The notes beneath the pieces were generated by a model, which saw nothing but the letters and a program-made list of their open reading frames with translations, searched no databases and was not told where the DNA came from. A stretch of 64,000 nucleotides of DNA from the IMG/VR virus record IMGVR_UViG_3300028805_000041, positions 96,001-160,000 of that record. One strand, written 5' to 3'. The DNA comes from a virus (lineage: Duplodnaviria; Caudoviricetes). This document shows positions 18,973 to 27,905 of this stretch, one piece after another. The translations under genes and the position numbers were made by a program. How positions within the stretch are numbered: the stretch's first letter is position 1; each line of letters opens with the position of its first letter.

Positions 18973-21900
18973 AATAAAAGAAAAACCTATTTTTTACATA
19001 ACTAAGTTTGCAAGAAAGGACTTGTATAACGAGGATGGGGATTTAACCATAAAATGGGGAAATGAAAAGAGCGGAGTAACTGAAAGTAATGTTGTTTTGA
19101 CATTAATAAATGGCGAAATTGAAGAATATTACTTTGAGGACGGTGTCATCAATAATGTAATTTTTTCTAAACGTGAAGACATAGCATCGGTTGAATTAAA
19201 GAGTGGAATAAAAAAGATTTCTTATGATGCTTTTTTGGGTTGTAAAAATCTTTTGTCTATAAATATTTCGGATACGGTTGAAACAATCGGTAGTAGAGCA
19301 TTTAGAGGATGTATATCATTAACCGGTATTTCTTTTGCTGATAATTGTATACTTAAAGAGATTGGTCCAAACGCATTCAATGGTTGCTATAGTCTAACAG
19401 AAATAAATATACCATCAAGTGTTGTTACTATAAGGTACGGTGCTTTTGAAAATTGTACAAATTTAAATACCGTTGTTTTTGGTGAAAATCCGACAATTGA
19501 GACAATAGGCGGAACTTCTTTTAAAAATTGTACATCACTTGAAGAATTCATAATTCCGAATAGTGTTAAATATATCGAATACAGTGTATTTAAAGGTTGT
19601 GTAAATCTGAAAGAAATATTCATACCAAACAGTGTATTGGAAATACGTAATGACGTATTTAGGGATTGTACATCACTTAAAACAGTTACGTTTGAAGACA
19701 ATTCACCAATTACTATCATTTATATGAATCTATTCAGAGGATGTACAAGTTTGGAGGAGATAACACTTCCTAATAAACTTGAGAAAATTGCATCATATGC
19801 CTTTGAAAACTGTGCTATTAAAAGTATTGAATTGCCTGAAACACTGAAAATAATAAGTGCTTATGCTTTTAGAAATTGTAGTGAATTAACGGAAATAAAA
19901 AGCAACGCGGAGATATGTCCTAAAATATCCAATACAACATTTATTGATGTTGCAAGTGGAGGCACATTGACCCCACCAAGCGAGGAAAGCGACTATTCAA
20001 CATGGTTGTATAAAACCAGTTATTTTCTTGGATACTACGGTTGGATAAATAGTAAGGCTAAAAAGGATTATAATGTTATATTGACGCTTGTCGACGGCAC
20101 TAAAGAACAATATGCCTATGACGGTCCAATTGAAGACAATAAATTTGCAAGAAGAACAGACATTTACTCCGTAGAAATCAATAGTGGTGTAACCGGTATT
20201 GGAGAAAGCGCATTCATAAGATGTAACAATTTAGTAAGTGTTGCTATAAACGGAGATGTTAAAACAATTGGTGAAACAGCGTTCAGTACTTGTACAAGTC
20301 TGTCATCAATTACACTTAATAGTGGCACAACAACCATTGGCAATTCAGCATTCTATAATTGTAGGGAAATTGTGGGTGTTGTTTTGCCAAATAGTGTTGA
20401 AAGTATTGGTGAGGAAGTTTTTCATAATTGTAGAAAATTATCTGGTGTCACATTAAGTGCTAGTTTAAACAACATAAGCAAACAAGCATTTATGGGTTGT
20501 GTTGAATTGAATAGCATAATAATTCCTGCAAGTGTGAAAACATTAAATGAGTCTGCTTTCGAAGGATGTTTTAAACTATCTAAGGTAACTTTTTTAGGGA
20601 ATATAAAAACAATTGGTAATAAAGCATTTAGAAATTGTAGTTCACTCGAAATAGTTTCAGGACTTACAGGCGGTGACATTACAATTGGAAATTCAGCATT
20701 CCTTTCCTGTAATTTGTTGAGTAGGATAAATTTCACTAAAATGACAAAAATAGGCGAAAGTGCTTTCAGATTATGTAAAAACATTACAGGAGCATTGTCA
20801 TTGTCATCAGTTAGTGAGATTGGAATAAATGCATTTATGAATTGTTATTCAATAACTTCATTAAATATCGGCAACAATTTGACAGACATAAGTTCAGGGG
20901 CATTTAAGAATTGTACTTCATTGGAACGTGTTACAAATGGAACTGCAATAAGGACAATTGGGAGTGAGGCGTTCTTTGGCTGTAATAATTTGAAAAATAT
21001 TTCATTATTAAAAATTATTGACAATAAGGAAAACTATGTTGAAAAAATCGGAAGCCGTGCATTTTACAACTGTTCTGAATTGTCAACGATAGAGTTTGGA
21101 AACAATGTATCGGAAATTGGCGTTAGTGCCTTTTCAAATTGTACAAAACTCGAAAGGATAAAAACAACCGGTAAAACGCCCCAAATCTATTCAAATACAT
21201 TCTTAAACGTAAAGGAATATGGAACACTTGAATATGCTGATGCATATGAGGATGATTACATTAGAGATTGGCTAAAGACTGATCAATATTATCTTGGGTA
21301 TTATAAATGGAATTATAAGTATACATTGACAATAACCATAGATGGTGTATTTTATACGGCTATCACACAGGATGTCGGTACGACAATACCGCCAATACCA
21401 ACTCCAACACGTGAAGGGTATCGCTTCTCTTGGGATGAACCAATCCCAACCGTAATGCCAAATTATGATTTAACAATCAACGGCAGTTTCACGGTTAACC
21501 AATACATTCTTACATTTATCATCGATGGTAGATTTGTTTCAAGCGGTAGGGTTGATTATAACTCGGTAATTACATATCCATCACACACAGAACGTGAGGG
21601 ATACAGTTTCTCTTGGGACAGCAGCATAACAAATATGCCGGCACGTAATGTAACGATTAACGGTGTGTATACGGTTAACAAATATACACTGACATTGATG
21701 GTAGAAGGTGAGCCTTACACAAGTTTCACTCAGGATTATGGTTCTGTAATATCCGTAACTGACCCGACTAAGGAGGGCTACAGTTTCTCTTGGGACACCC
21801 CAATTCCAACCACAATGCCCGCAGAAAACATCACTATTAATGGTACGTTCACCTTATATAATGTCATTTTAACACTATCAAATGGCAATAAGGAAGGAAT

Positions 21901-22921
21901 TAGTTTAACCGGAGATACTATAAGTGCAACAGATGGTATTTCAGGAAGAAGTGATGTAGTTTCAGTTGAAATCATAGCGCAAATAACCGGTATTTCTGAG
22001 AATGCATTTAATGGTTGTTCGGAACTTACAGGAATCACAATGCCTGATACCGTTAAAACTATTAAGAACTCAGCATTTAAGGGATGTAATTTGTCTGAAT
22101 TCATATTACCTGAAAGTCTAAATAAAATTGGAGGATATGCCTTCAAAAATAACTATTCTCTTTCAATAATTGTTTGTAACGAAAATGCTGTATCTGCATG
22201 CACAACATCTTTTGAAGATGTATCAGAAAATGGAACATTAGTATATTCAAGCAAAATGGCTGAACATTATAATACGAATTGGTTGGATGGCAATAAATGC
22301 TTGAATGGGTGGTTTGGTATCGATTCTGAATACAACATAGTTATGGAAAATACTGAAACTGATGATGAAGGAGTCACACTTTCAGGTTATCGGATAACAA
22401 CAGCCAACGATGCAAAAAAATATCCAGAACGTAACCCCATTTCATGGAAGTTCTATGGTAGCAACACAAAGAGCGAAGAACTACCATCGACAGGAGTATC
22501 GAGCTGGACGCTTCTTGATCAACATGAAAATGATTACACGCTTGGTCATGAAAACTATAAAAATTATTATTTCGAAATACCCGAAGGAAATAGAAGCAAG
22601 TACCAATATTATCTACTTGAATTCAATGCTGTACAAAGCGGCACAGTCATTCAACTTGGTGAGTTCAGACTATTTGATGAGAGTGGTAAATTAGTAACTA
22701 AAGTCAACTGTTATCATTGTTCATCAGAACAATATTATGACAATAATGATATTTCGGATTTATTTGACAATGACAACAGCACTAAATATTGTGCTGACAT
22801 TAACGAACCATTATACATTTATATAGAAGCTGAAAAAACTGAAAGTTATAAACTGTATTATCTTGATGAAAGTGGTAATAAATTAAGCGGTTATACTGAG
22901 ATTGACACAATAACTAACTAA
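18953..22921 (+). CDS. BspA-type LRR protein with three InlB-B/Listeria-Bacteroides repeats and a discoidin (F5/8 type C)-like domain
   Basis: Many IP.SV..IG..AF..C..L repeats in three blocks; P.(R/K)EGY.F.W repeats; YRITTAND...RNP.SW...GSN...QLGE motif. Confidence 0.9.
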   Translation: MDWIFRKIKEKPIFYITKFARKDLYNEDGDLTIKWGNEKSGVTESNVVLTLINGEIEEYYFEDGVINNVIFSKREDIASVELKSGIKKISYDAFLGCKNLLSINISDTVETIGSRAFRGCISLTGISFADNCILKEIGPNAFNGCYSLTEINIPSSVVTIRYGAFENCTNLNTVVFGENPTIETIGGTSFKNCTSLEEFIIPNSVKYIEYSVFKGCVNLKEIFIPNSVLEIRNDVFRDCTSLKTVTFEDNSPITIIYMNLFRGCTSLEEITLPNKLEKIASYAFENCAIKSIELPETLKIISAYAFRNCSELTEIKSNAEICPKISNTTFIDVASGGTLTPPSEESDYSTWLYKTSYFLGYYGWINSKAKKDYNVILTLVDGTKEQYAYDGPIEDNKFARRTDIYSVEINSGVTGIGESAFIRCNNLVSVAINGDVKTIGETAFSTCTSLSSITLNSGTTTIGNSAFYNCREIVGVVLPNSVESIGEEVFHNCRKLSGVTLSASLNNISKQAFMGCVELNSIIIPASVKTLNESAFEGCFKLSKVTFLGNIKTIGNKAFRNCSSLEIVSGLTGGDITIGNSAFLSCNLLSRINFTKMTKIGESAFRLCKNITGALSLSSVSEIGINAFMNCYSITSLNIGNNLTDISSGAFKNCTSLERVTNGTAIRTIGSEAFFGCNNLKNISLLKIIDNKENYVEKIGSRAFYNCSELSTIEFGNNVSEIGVSAFSNCTKLERIKTTGKTPQIYSNTFLNVKEYGTLEYADAYEDDYIRDWLKTDQYYLGYYKWNYKYTLTITIDGVFYTAITQDVGTTIPPIPTPTREGYRFSWDEPIPTVMPNYDLTINGSFTVNQYILTFIIDGRFVSSGRVDYNSVITYPSHTEREGYSFSWDSSITNMPARNVTINGVYTVNKYTLTLMVEGEPYTSFTQDYGSVISVTDPTKEGYSFSWDTPIPTTMPAENITINGTFTLYNVILTLSNGNKEGISLTGDTISATDGISGRSDVVSVEIIAQITGISENAFNGCSELTGITMPDTVKTIKNSAFKGCNLSEFILPESLNKIGGYAFKNNYSLSIIVCNENAVSACTTSFEDVSENGTLVYSSKMAEHYNTNWLDGNKCLNGWFGIDSEYNIVMENTETDDEGVTLSGYRITTANDAKKYPERNPISWKFYGSNTKSEELPSTGVSSWTLLDQHENDYTLGHENYKNYYFEIPEGNRSKYQYYLLEFNAVQSGTVIQLGEFRLFDESGKLVTKVNCYHCSSEQYYDNNDISDLFDNDNSTKYCADINEPLYIYIEAEKTESYKLYYLDESGNKLSGYTEIDTITN
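21317..21853 (+). repeat. Three about 60-aa coding repeats (InlB B-repeat-like)
   Basis: Y.LT...(D/E)G...EGY.FSWD....MP....TING.(F/Y)T, recognisable at DNA level (TTCTCTTGGGA x3). Confidence 0.85.
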
Positions 22922-23047
22922 TAAATCTTATAATACTGACAACTTAGTAAAAATATCACATTAAAAACATATCTTTTAACAAGTTTCAGTTTTTCAGAAG
23001 TATTTATATAAAAATAATGTAAATAATATTAGAAAAACAATAATTAT

Positions 23048-26000
23048 ATGGGAAAAATTAGAGGAATACACTCAAGCCCCGGTATTTACACGAAGTTTAC
23101 CGACATTTCTTATGCAGCAAAGACTCTCGGTGTAACTACTCTTGGCTTGGTTGGCGAAACGCTGAAGGGTCCGGCATTTGAACCAATTCCAATTTCAAGT
23201 TGGACAGAATTTGTTGAATATTTCGGAGGAACCTCACCTGTTAAATTCAAGGGTAGCAAATATCCAAAGTACGAACTTCCTTATATTGCAAAGGAATATC
23301 TTAGCGTGTCTGATCAACTTTACGTATGTAGAGTTCTTGGTCTTAGTGGCTATAACGCGGGTCCTGCATTTGTTATAACCGCACACGGTGGCGATGGAAA
23401 AGAGCGTGCGATTGCAGTATTGAGGTCGAGGGGAACTTATAAAAAGTATCCAATGGTTGGTGATGATTGTGAACCGGTTGGTGATTATGATACGATTAAA
23501 CACTTTGTTACGGGTGTAACGTTGAGTGAATACGTGAGAACTGTAATTGGTCCTAACGGGTGTGAAGACGATATACGTACACGAGAGGAAGGGTTTGAAA
23601 TTAACTTAAACAACTATGGGAGATTTACCATTGAATGTTCAGGCGAATCTGGGTTTACTGCAAGTTATCCTGTTTCACTTAATGTAGAGGATAAGGACTA
23701 TATCTACAATGTTCTTGGAAGTGACCCACTTATCGGTAGTGCGGCATTGTACGTTGAGGAACTGTATGATGTTATGCTTGCTGATGAAATTGGTCTTGGT
23801 AATCTAACAAACATTTCAAGAACAGTTACAACTAAGGAACCTTTGGAAATAATTCCTGTAACAGAACCCGTTTCTGATTTTGTCACTGTTGACTTCGACA
23901 ATCTATCAAGAAAGATGCTTGGACAGGCTTATCTGTATAATGGCATTGGTGGTGAAAACCCATTAGAAAATGGATTCAAATTTTTAGTAACCGACGACAA
24001 TGATGCGGTACAAGTTGACGACGAAGGAAATCCAACAATTGAACCAATGGTACCGGGTTATATTTATGGTGTTTCATCTTACACTAATCCTTTGAAAAGC
24101 AATAAGAAGGAGTATGTATATGTACAACTGAAAAAAGAGGAGGCGGTTACCAGTGGAAATACAGCCACAGGCAATTTCAAGAGTGATAGTTCACGAGTTG
24201 TTCCTTGCAAGATTAGTAAGATAGATACAGATACCACCCCAAACAAGGTTTATACCGTGAAGGTTCTAAGTCAGAACAAGTATTATTGTCTTGATGAACA
24301 AAATGATAATGTTATTGAGGCAGCAGATTTCTCTGACTATAAGGAAGGCTTCCGTTGTGCACAGACGCCTTGGATTGTTTCCGAATTGAAGGGTAATGGT
24401 ACAAATGTGGATGTTCTGAAACTGTTCAAGTTCTATTCTATCAGTGACGGTAATAAGGCTAACACAGAGTTTAAGGTATCAATAGCAAACGTAAGTCCTG
24501 ACAATGGTACATTTGATGTATATATCAGAGACTTTAATGATACCGACGGTAGCATCGTTGTATTGGAGTCTTATAAAGGACTGACAATGAAGAAGGGCGA
24601 TAAGAACTATATCGGTTACAAGATTGGCACACTTAATGGTGAGTATGAAGCCAAGTCAAAGTATGTTCTTGTTGACATTGTCGAAAATGATATGACAGAA
24701 GAATGTGTACCTTGTGGTTTCCTTGGATATCCGACAAGAAATTATGGCGATGTAGAACAACCGACATTTAAGTACAATATTACATATGACAGCAATCTTA
24801 GTGAGAGAAAACAGTACTTCGGTTTGTCAAACATAACAGGTGTTGATGTGGATATGCTGACATATAAGGGAAAGTATGCTTATACGGATGACTATAGTCA
24901 CGGACATACCGATGCGTTCCACCTTGACAGCAGAATTTCAAAGAGGGCTAAAGAACTCATATCAGGGCTTACTATTACTGTTGACGAAGATCCCTCAACA
25001 AGCGGTATTACGTGGCAAGCGGTTGCGTCAAATATCACAAACGGTATGGAAGCTGCAATCATTGCAAGTGACTACGAAATGGAAGGATCAATATACGAGA
25101 GTAAGACAATGAGAAAGTTCACCGTATGTCTTTATGGCGGTTTTGACGGTTGGGATATCTACAGAGAGTCAAGAACAAATACTGACAAGTACAGGGTTAA
25201 CAAGTATCGTGGAAAGATTGAAAATGGCGTTGGAAAGACATTCTCATTGATTGACAATCCTGAATCCATTGCTTTGTCAGGAAACTGTATCAATACCGAC
25301 TACTATGCATATCTTGCGGGTGCAATGCAGTTTGAGAATCCCGAGAAGACTCTCATCAACTTATTTGCCACACCGGGTATCGACTACGTTAATCAGAACC
25401 TCCTTACAAACGATATTCTCGAGATGATTGAGGATGTCAGGGGAGATGCGTTGTATGTAATTACAACACCAGATAAGCCAGCCGGTGTTACGGACGCAAT
25501 TGATGAAATGTACACACCAAGAGAGGCAACATACAACCTTGAGGAGACTAACATTGACACCTACTATGCTGCAACATACTATCCTTGGATCAAGTATTAT
25601 GACAGAGATAACCTTATTTATCTTAACCTTCCTGTAACTAAGGACGTTTTGAGAAATATGGCTGATGTCGACAATAAGAAATATCCTTGGTATGCTCCGG
25701 CAGGTATTGAGAGGGGTAATGTCAATTGTGTCAAGGCACGTATCTTCTCTAAGTTAGAGGATGAGGATACACTCTACGATGCAAGAATCAATCCTGTTAA
25801 GACGTTCTCAAGAGACGGTGTCAAGATTTGGGGTAACAAGACACTTTATACAGGTGACACCCCAATGAACAGGATCAATGTAGTAAGACTTATGCTCTAT
25901 ATGAGAAAACTTATTGTTGAGGCTTGTAGAGGTCTTATCTTTGAACCTAATGATACAACACTGAAGGGTGAATTTGAAGGAATTGTTAAACCAATCCTCG

Positions 26001-26179
26001 AACAGATTCAGAAGGATAGAGGTATCACAGCCTTCCGTCTTGATGTATCTCAGACACCTGAGCAGATTGACGCTCACGAAATGAGTTGTGTTCTTTGGGT
26101 TAAGCCTACTCCTGCATTGGAATACATTGAGATCAACTTTATGGTAACACCACAGGGCGTAGATTTCGATATGGTTTAA
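23048..26179 (+). CDS. Tail sheath protein
   Basis: SPGIY, GLVGETLKGPAFEP, YYPW, WYAPAGIERG, INPV, IWGNKT, RINVVRL, FEPND, KPTPALEYI; TATTTAT at 23001-23007. Confidence 0.96.
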   Translation: MGKIRGIHSSPGIYTKFTDISYAAKTLGVTTLGLVGETLKGPAFEPIPISSWTEFVEYFGGTSPVKFKGSKYPKYELPYIAKEYLSVSDQLYVCRVLGLSGYNAGPAFVITAHGGDGKERAIAVLRSRGTYKKYPMVGDDCEPVGDYDTIKHFVTGVTLSEYVRTVIGPNGCEDDIRTREEGFEINLNNYGRFTIECSGESGFTASYPVSLNVEDKDYIYNVLGSDPLIGSAALYVEELYDVMLADEIGLGNLTNISRTVTTKEPLEIIPVTEPVSDFVTVDFDNLSRKMLGQAYLYNGIGGENPLENGFKFLVTDDNDAVQVDDEGNPTIEPMVPGYIYGVSSYTNPLKSNKKEYVYVQLKKEEAVTSGNTATGNFKSDSSRVVPCKISKIDTDTTPNKVYTVKVLSQNKYYCLDEQNDNVIEAADFSDYKEGFRCAQTPWIVSELKGNGTNVDVLKLFKFYSISDGNKANTEFKVSIANVSPDNGTFDVYIRDFNDTDGSIVVLESYKGLTMKKGDKNYIGYKIGTLNGEYEAKSKYVLVDIVENDMTEECVPCGFLGYPTRNYGDVEQPTFKYNITYDSNLSERKQYFGLSNITGVDVDMLTYKGKYAYTDDYSHGHTDAFHLDSRISKRAKELISGLTITVDEDPSTSGITWQAVASNITNGMEAAIIASDYEMEGSIYESKTMRKFTVCLYGGFDGWDIYRESRTNTDKYRVNKYRGKIENGVGKTFSLIDNPESIALSGNCINTDYYAYLAGAMQFENPEKTLINLFATPGIDYVNQNLLTNDILEMIEDVRGDALYVITTPDKPAGVTDAIDEMYTPREATYNLEETNIDTYYAATYYPWIKYYDRDNLIYLNLPVTKDVLRNMADVDNKKYPWYAPAGIERGNVNCVKARIFSKLEDEDTLYDARINPVKTFSRDGVKIWGNKTLYTGDTPMNRINVVRLMLYMRKLIVEACRGLIFEPNDTTLKGEFEGIVKPILEQIQKDRGITAFRLDVSQTPEQIDAHEMSCVLWVKPTPALEYIEINFMVTPQGVDFDMV

Positions 26180-26201
26180 TAAACAAGAGACTATAAATTA
26201 C

Positions 26202-26240
26202 AAAAAATACGGCTAATGAAAATTTTAGCCGTATTTTTTT
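26202..26240. terminator. Bidirectional terminator after sheath
   Basis: AAAAAATACGGCTAA/TTAGCCGTATTTTTT; two further hairpins at 26260-26279 and 26305-26324. Confidence 0.85.
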
Positions 26241-26333
26241 GTTATTAGTGGAAAAAAAAAATGCACCGAACGGTGCATTAATCTTTATGTGTGTAGGCAT
26301 CTTTTATCCACCGTGTGGTGGATACTTTTAATT

Positions 26334-26522
26334 TTATTCACACACATCTACAGTGTCGAGAGCCAAAGTGTCGACTGCTACAGTGTCGAGAACGACGCTG
26401 TCGACGGCAGTTGTATCAACAGCAATAGAATCATTGCAAACGGCAGGACCGTTTTGGCATCCCGTGCAAGCTGTCATACACATTGCGATGGCAGCAATTG
26501 CTAAAATAAAAATCTTTTTCAT
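26334..26522 (-). CDS. Small lipoprotein with repeated D-[ST]-hydrophobic motifs
   Basis: MKK + hydrophobic stretch + MTAC lipobox; DSI, DTT, DSV, DTV, DTL, DTV. Confidence 0.75.
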   Translation of the reverse strand: MKKIFILAIAAIAMCMTACTGCQNGPAVCNDSIAVDTTAVDSVVLDTVAVDTLALDTVDVCE

Positions 26523-26584
26523 CTTTTTTTTTTATTAATTTTCTTTTTAATTAGTTTTTATTTTCATTAAACATATCAAATATA

Positions 26585-26992
26585 CTATAATTTTTCAAGA
26601 AAGATGTAATTTTCAGGTATTTTTTCATCTTCTTTTATGAAATTGTTATTGATCAAAGTTGCAATCATTATCTTACGGTATATTTCATACTGTTTTTTAG
26701 ATAATATGTTCTTCATACACTTTAGGTTGTTTCTAACCGCATATGGAACATATTTTTCGTCTTCCTCCGTATAGGCTTTCAGCATATTTGCCTTGAAATT
26801 AGCCCAATATAAATCAGTCCAATAGGTTTGTCTATCTGTCAGCCTCAGGCAGTTTGCCACTCTTTCAGGTGTGGCTTTCATCACGTATCTGTCTTTCAGT
26901 TCAATATCTTTAAATGTAACATCATTCGCTAATGATGCAGTGTTTATTGCTAATAGTGTTGCAATCATAATGACAAGTTTCTTCATATTCAT
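26585..26992 (-). CDS. Secreted helical protein resembling an uncharacterised Bacteroidales family
   Basis: Signal peptide MKKLVIMIATLLAINTASLA; L.LT..Q and AV..NL..M..IL..KQY..Y......TL.N pattern recalled from Bacteroidales proteins; TATCTTCG element at 27080-27087 (-). Confidence 0.6.
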   Translation of the reverse strand: MNMKKLVIMIATLLAINTASLANDVTFKDIELKDRYVMKATPERVANCLRLTDRQTYWTDLYWANFKANMLKAYTEEDEKYVPYAVRNNLKCMKNILSKKQYEIYRKIMIATLINNNFIKEDEKIPENYIFLEKL

Positions 26993-27179
26993 CTCTTTTT
27001 TTCATCTTTTAGTTATTGATATGCCATCAACACACATAAAGAACCGCCATTTTGAATTTTTACATTCATATAATACTTACGAAGATATACAAAATAGTAA
27101 TCAGAAAACAGACACAAATAACAATAAATGGGCATCTTTTTGACTTATGTCAAATAATCTAAGAAAAATACAAAACAAA

Positions 27180-27207
27180 AAATGCAGTCAACTAAAGACT
27201 GCATTTC
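27180..27207 (-). terminator. Intrinsic terminator
   Basis: AAATGCAGTC/GACTGCATTT stem with A-run on the left. Confidence 0.75.
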
Positions 27208-27212
27208 TAATG

Positions 27213-27797
27213 TTAGAAACCCATATTGGATTCTAAAAAACTCTCGATATTTTGGGCAAATTCAAAAATTTTGTTAGCATAGATTTTTGTTTCACTAACA
27301 TTCCCTGATAATGCCGCCATTTTCATTTTTTCACTGTATTTCGATATCTCATCTCCATAATAGTCCATTTCCGATTCGTTTAATACCCTATTTATAGATT
27401 CTGAAATTATATTAGAAATAACAGATTCCGTCAATTTTATCTTCTTTTTCATATTTCTTTTGTTTTCATTAAATAACTTTACTCCGTCAAGTTCAAGTTC
27501 GGGTGATGTCGGCTTGTTGTTCTGTTTTTGAATTTTTTCCTCTTCCTTTGCCTTAACCCTACCTGTCACTTCCGCGTCAATCTGTTTGAGTTCTCCGATA
27601 AACCTTGTCATCATATTAACAGCATTCCGTCCGTCGAACATTGAAACCTCAGCCCCATTGATATATTTCTTTCTCGGTGTAAGTCCCTTATTTAAAAGGA
27701 AACGGTATAATGCCTGTCCGTTTGGCTTGTATTGAGAATTGTTGATATCATCAAATTTTTTTATTATTGACGCTATCGTCATATATGTATGTTGCAT
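27213..27797 (-). CDS. Putative head/internal protein with internal LTES...LNE motif
   Basis: MKKKIKLTESVISNIISESINRVLNES from Met116; TATTTAT (-) at 27818-27824. Confidence 0.65.
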   Translation of the reverse strand: MQHTYMTIASIIKKFDDINNSQYKPNGQALYRFLLNKGLTPRKKYINGAEVSMFDGRNAVNMMTRFIGELKQIDAEVTGRVKAKEEEKIQKQNNKPTSPELELDGVKLFNENKRNMKKKIKLTESVISNIISESINRVLNESEMDYYGDEISKYSEKMKMAALSGNVSETKIYANKIFEFAQNIESFLESNMGF

Positions 27798-27844
27798 AAA
27801 TTACATAATACTTTATTATAAATATCATTTTACCACAACTAAAA

Positions 27845-27876
27845 TTTGGCCAATTCAAAAAAATATTGTATTTTTG
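27845..27876 (+). promoter_or_regulatory. Bacteroidota sigma-A-like promoter (TTTG-N20-TATTTTTG)
   Basis: TTTG 27845-27848 and TAnnTTTG 27869-27876, 29 nt before ligase ATG. Confidence 0.75.
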
Positions 27877-27905
27877 CACTGAAATTAACTTTAAAATAAA
27901 AAAAT

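Noticed and set aside
26180-27212. tRNA or structured ncRNA in hairpin-rich intergenic DNA
   Set aside because: No cloverleaf or T-loop consensus; hairpins explained as terminators or transcript-end stabilisers
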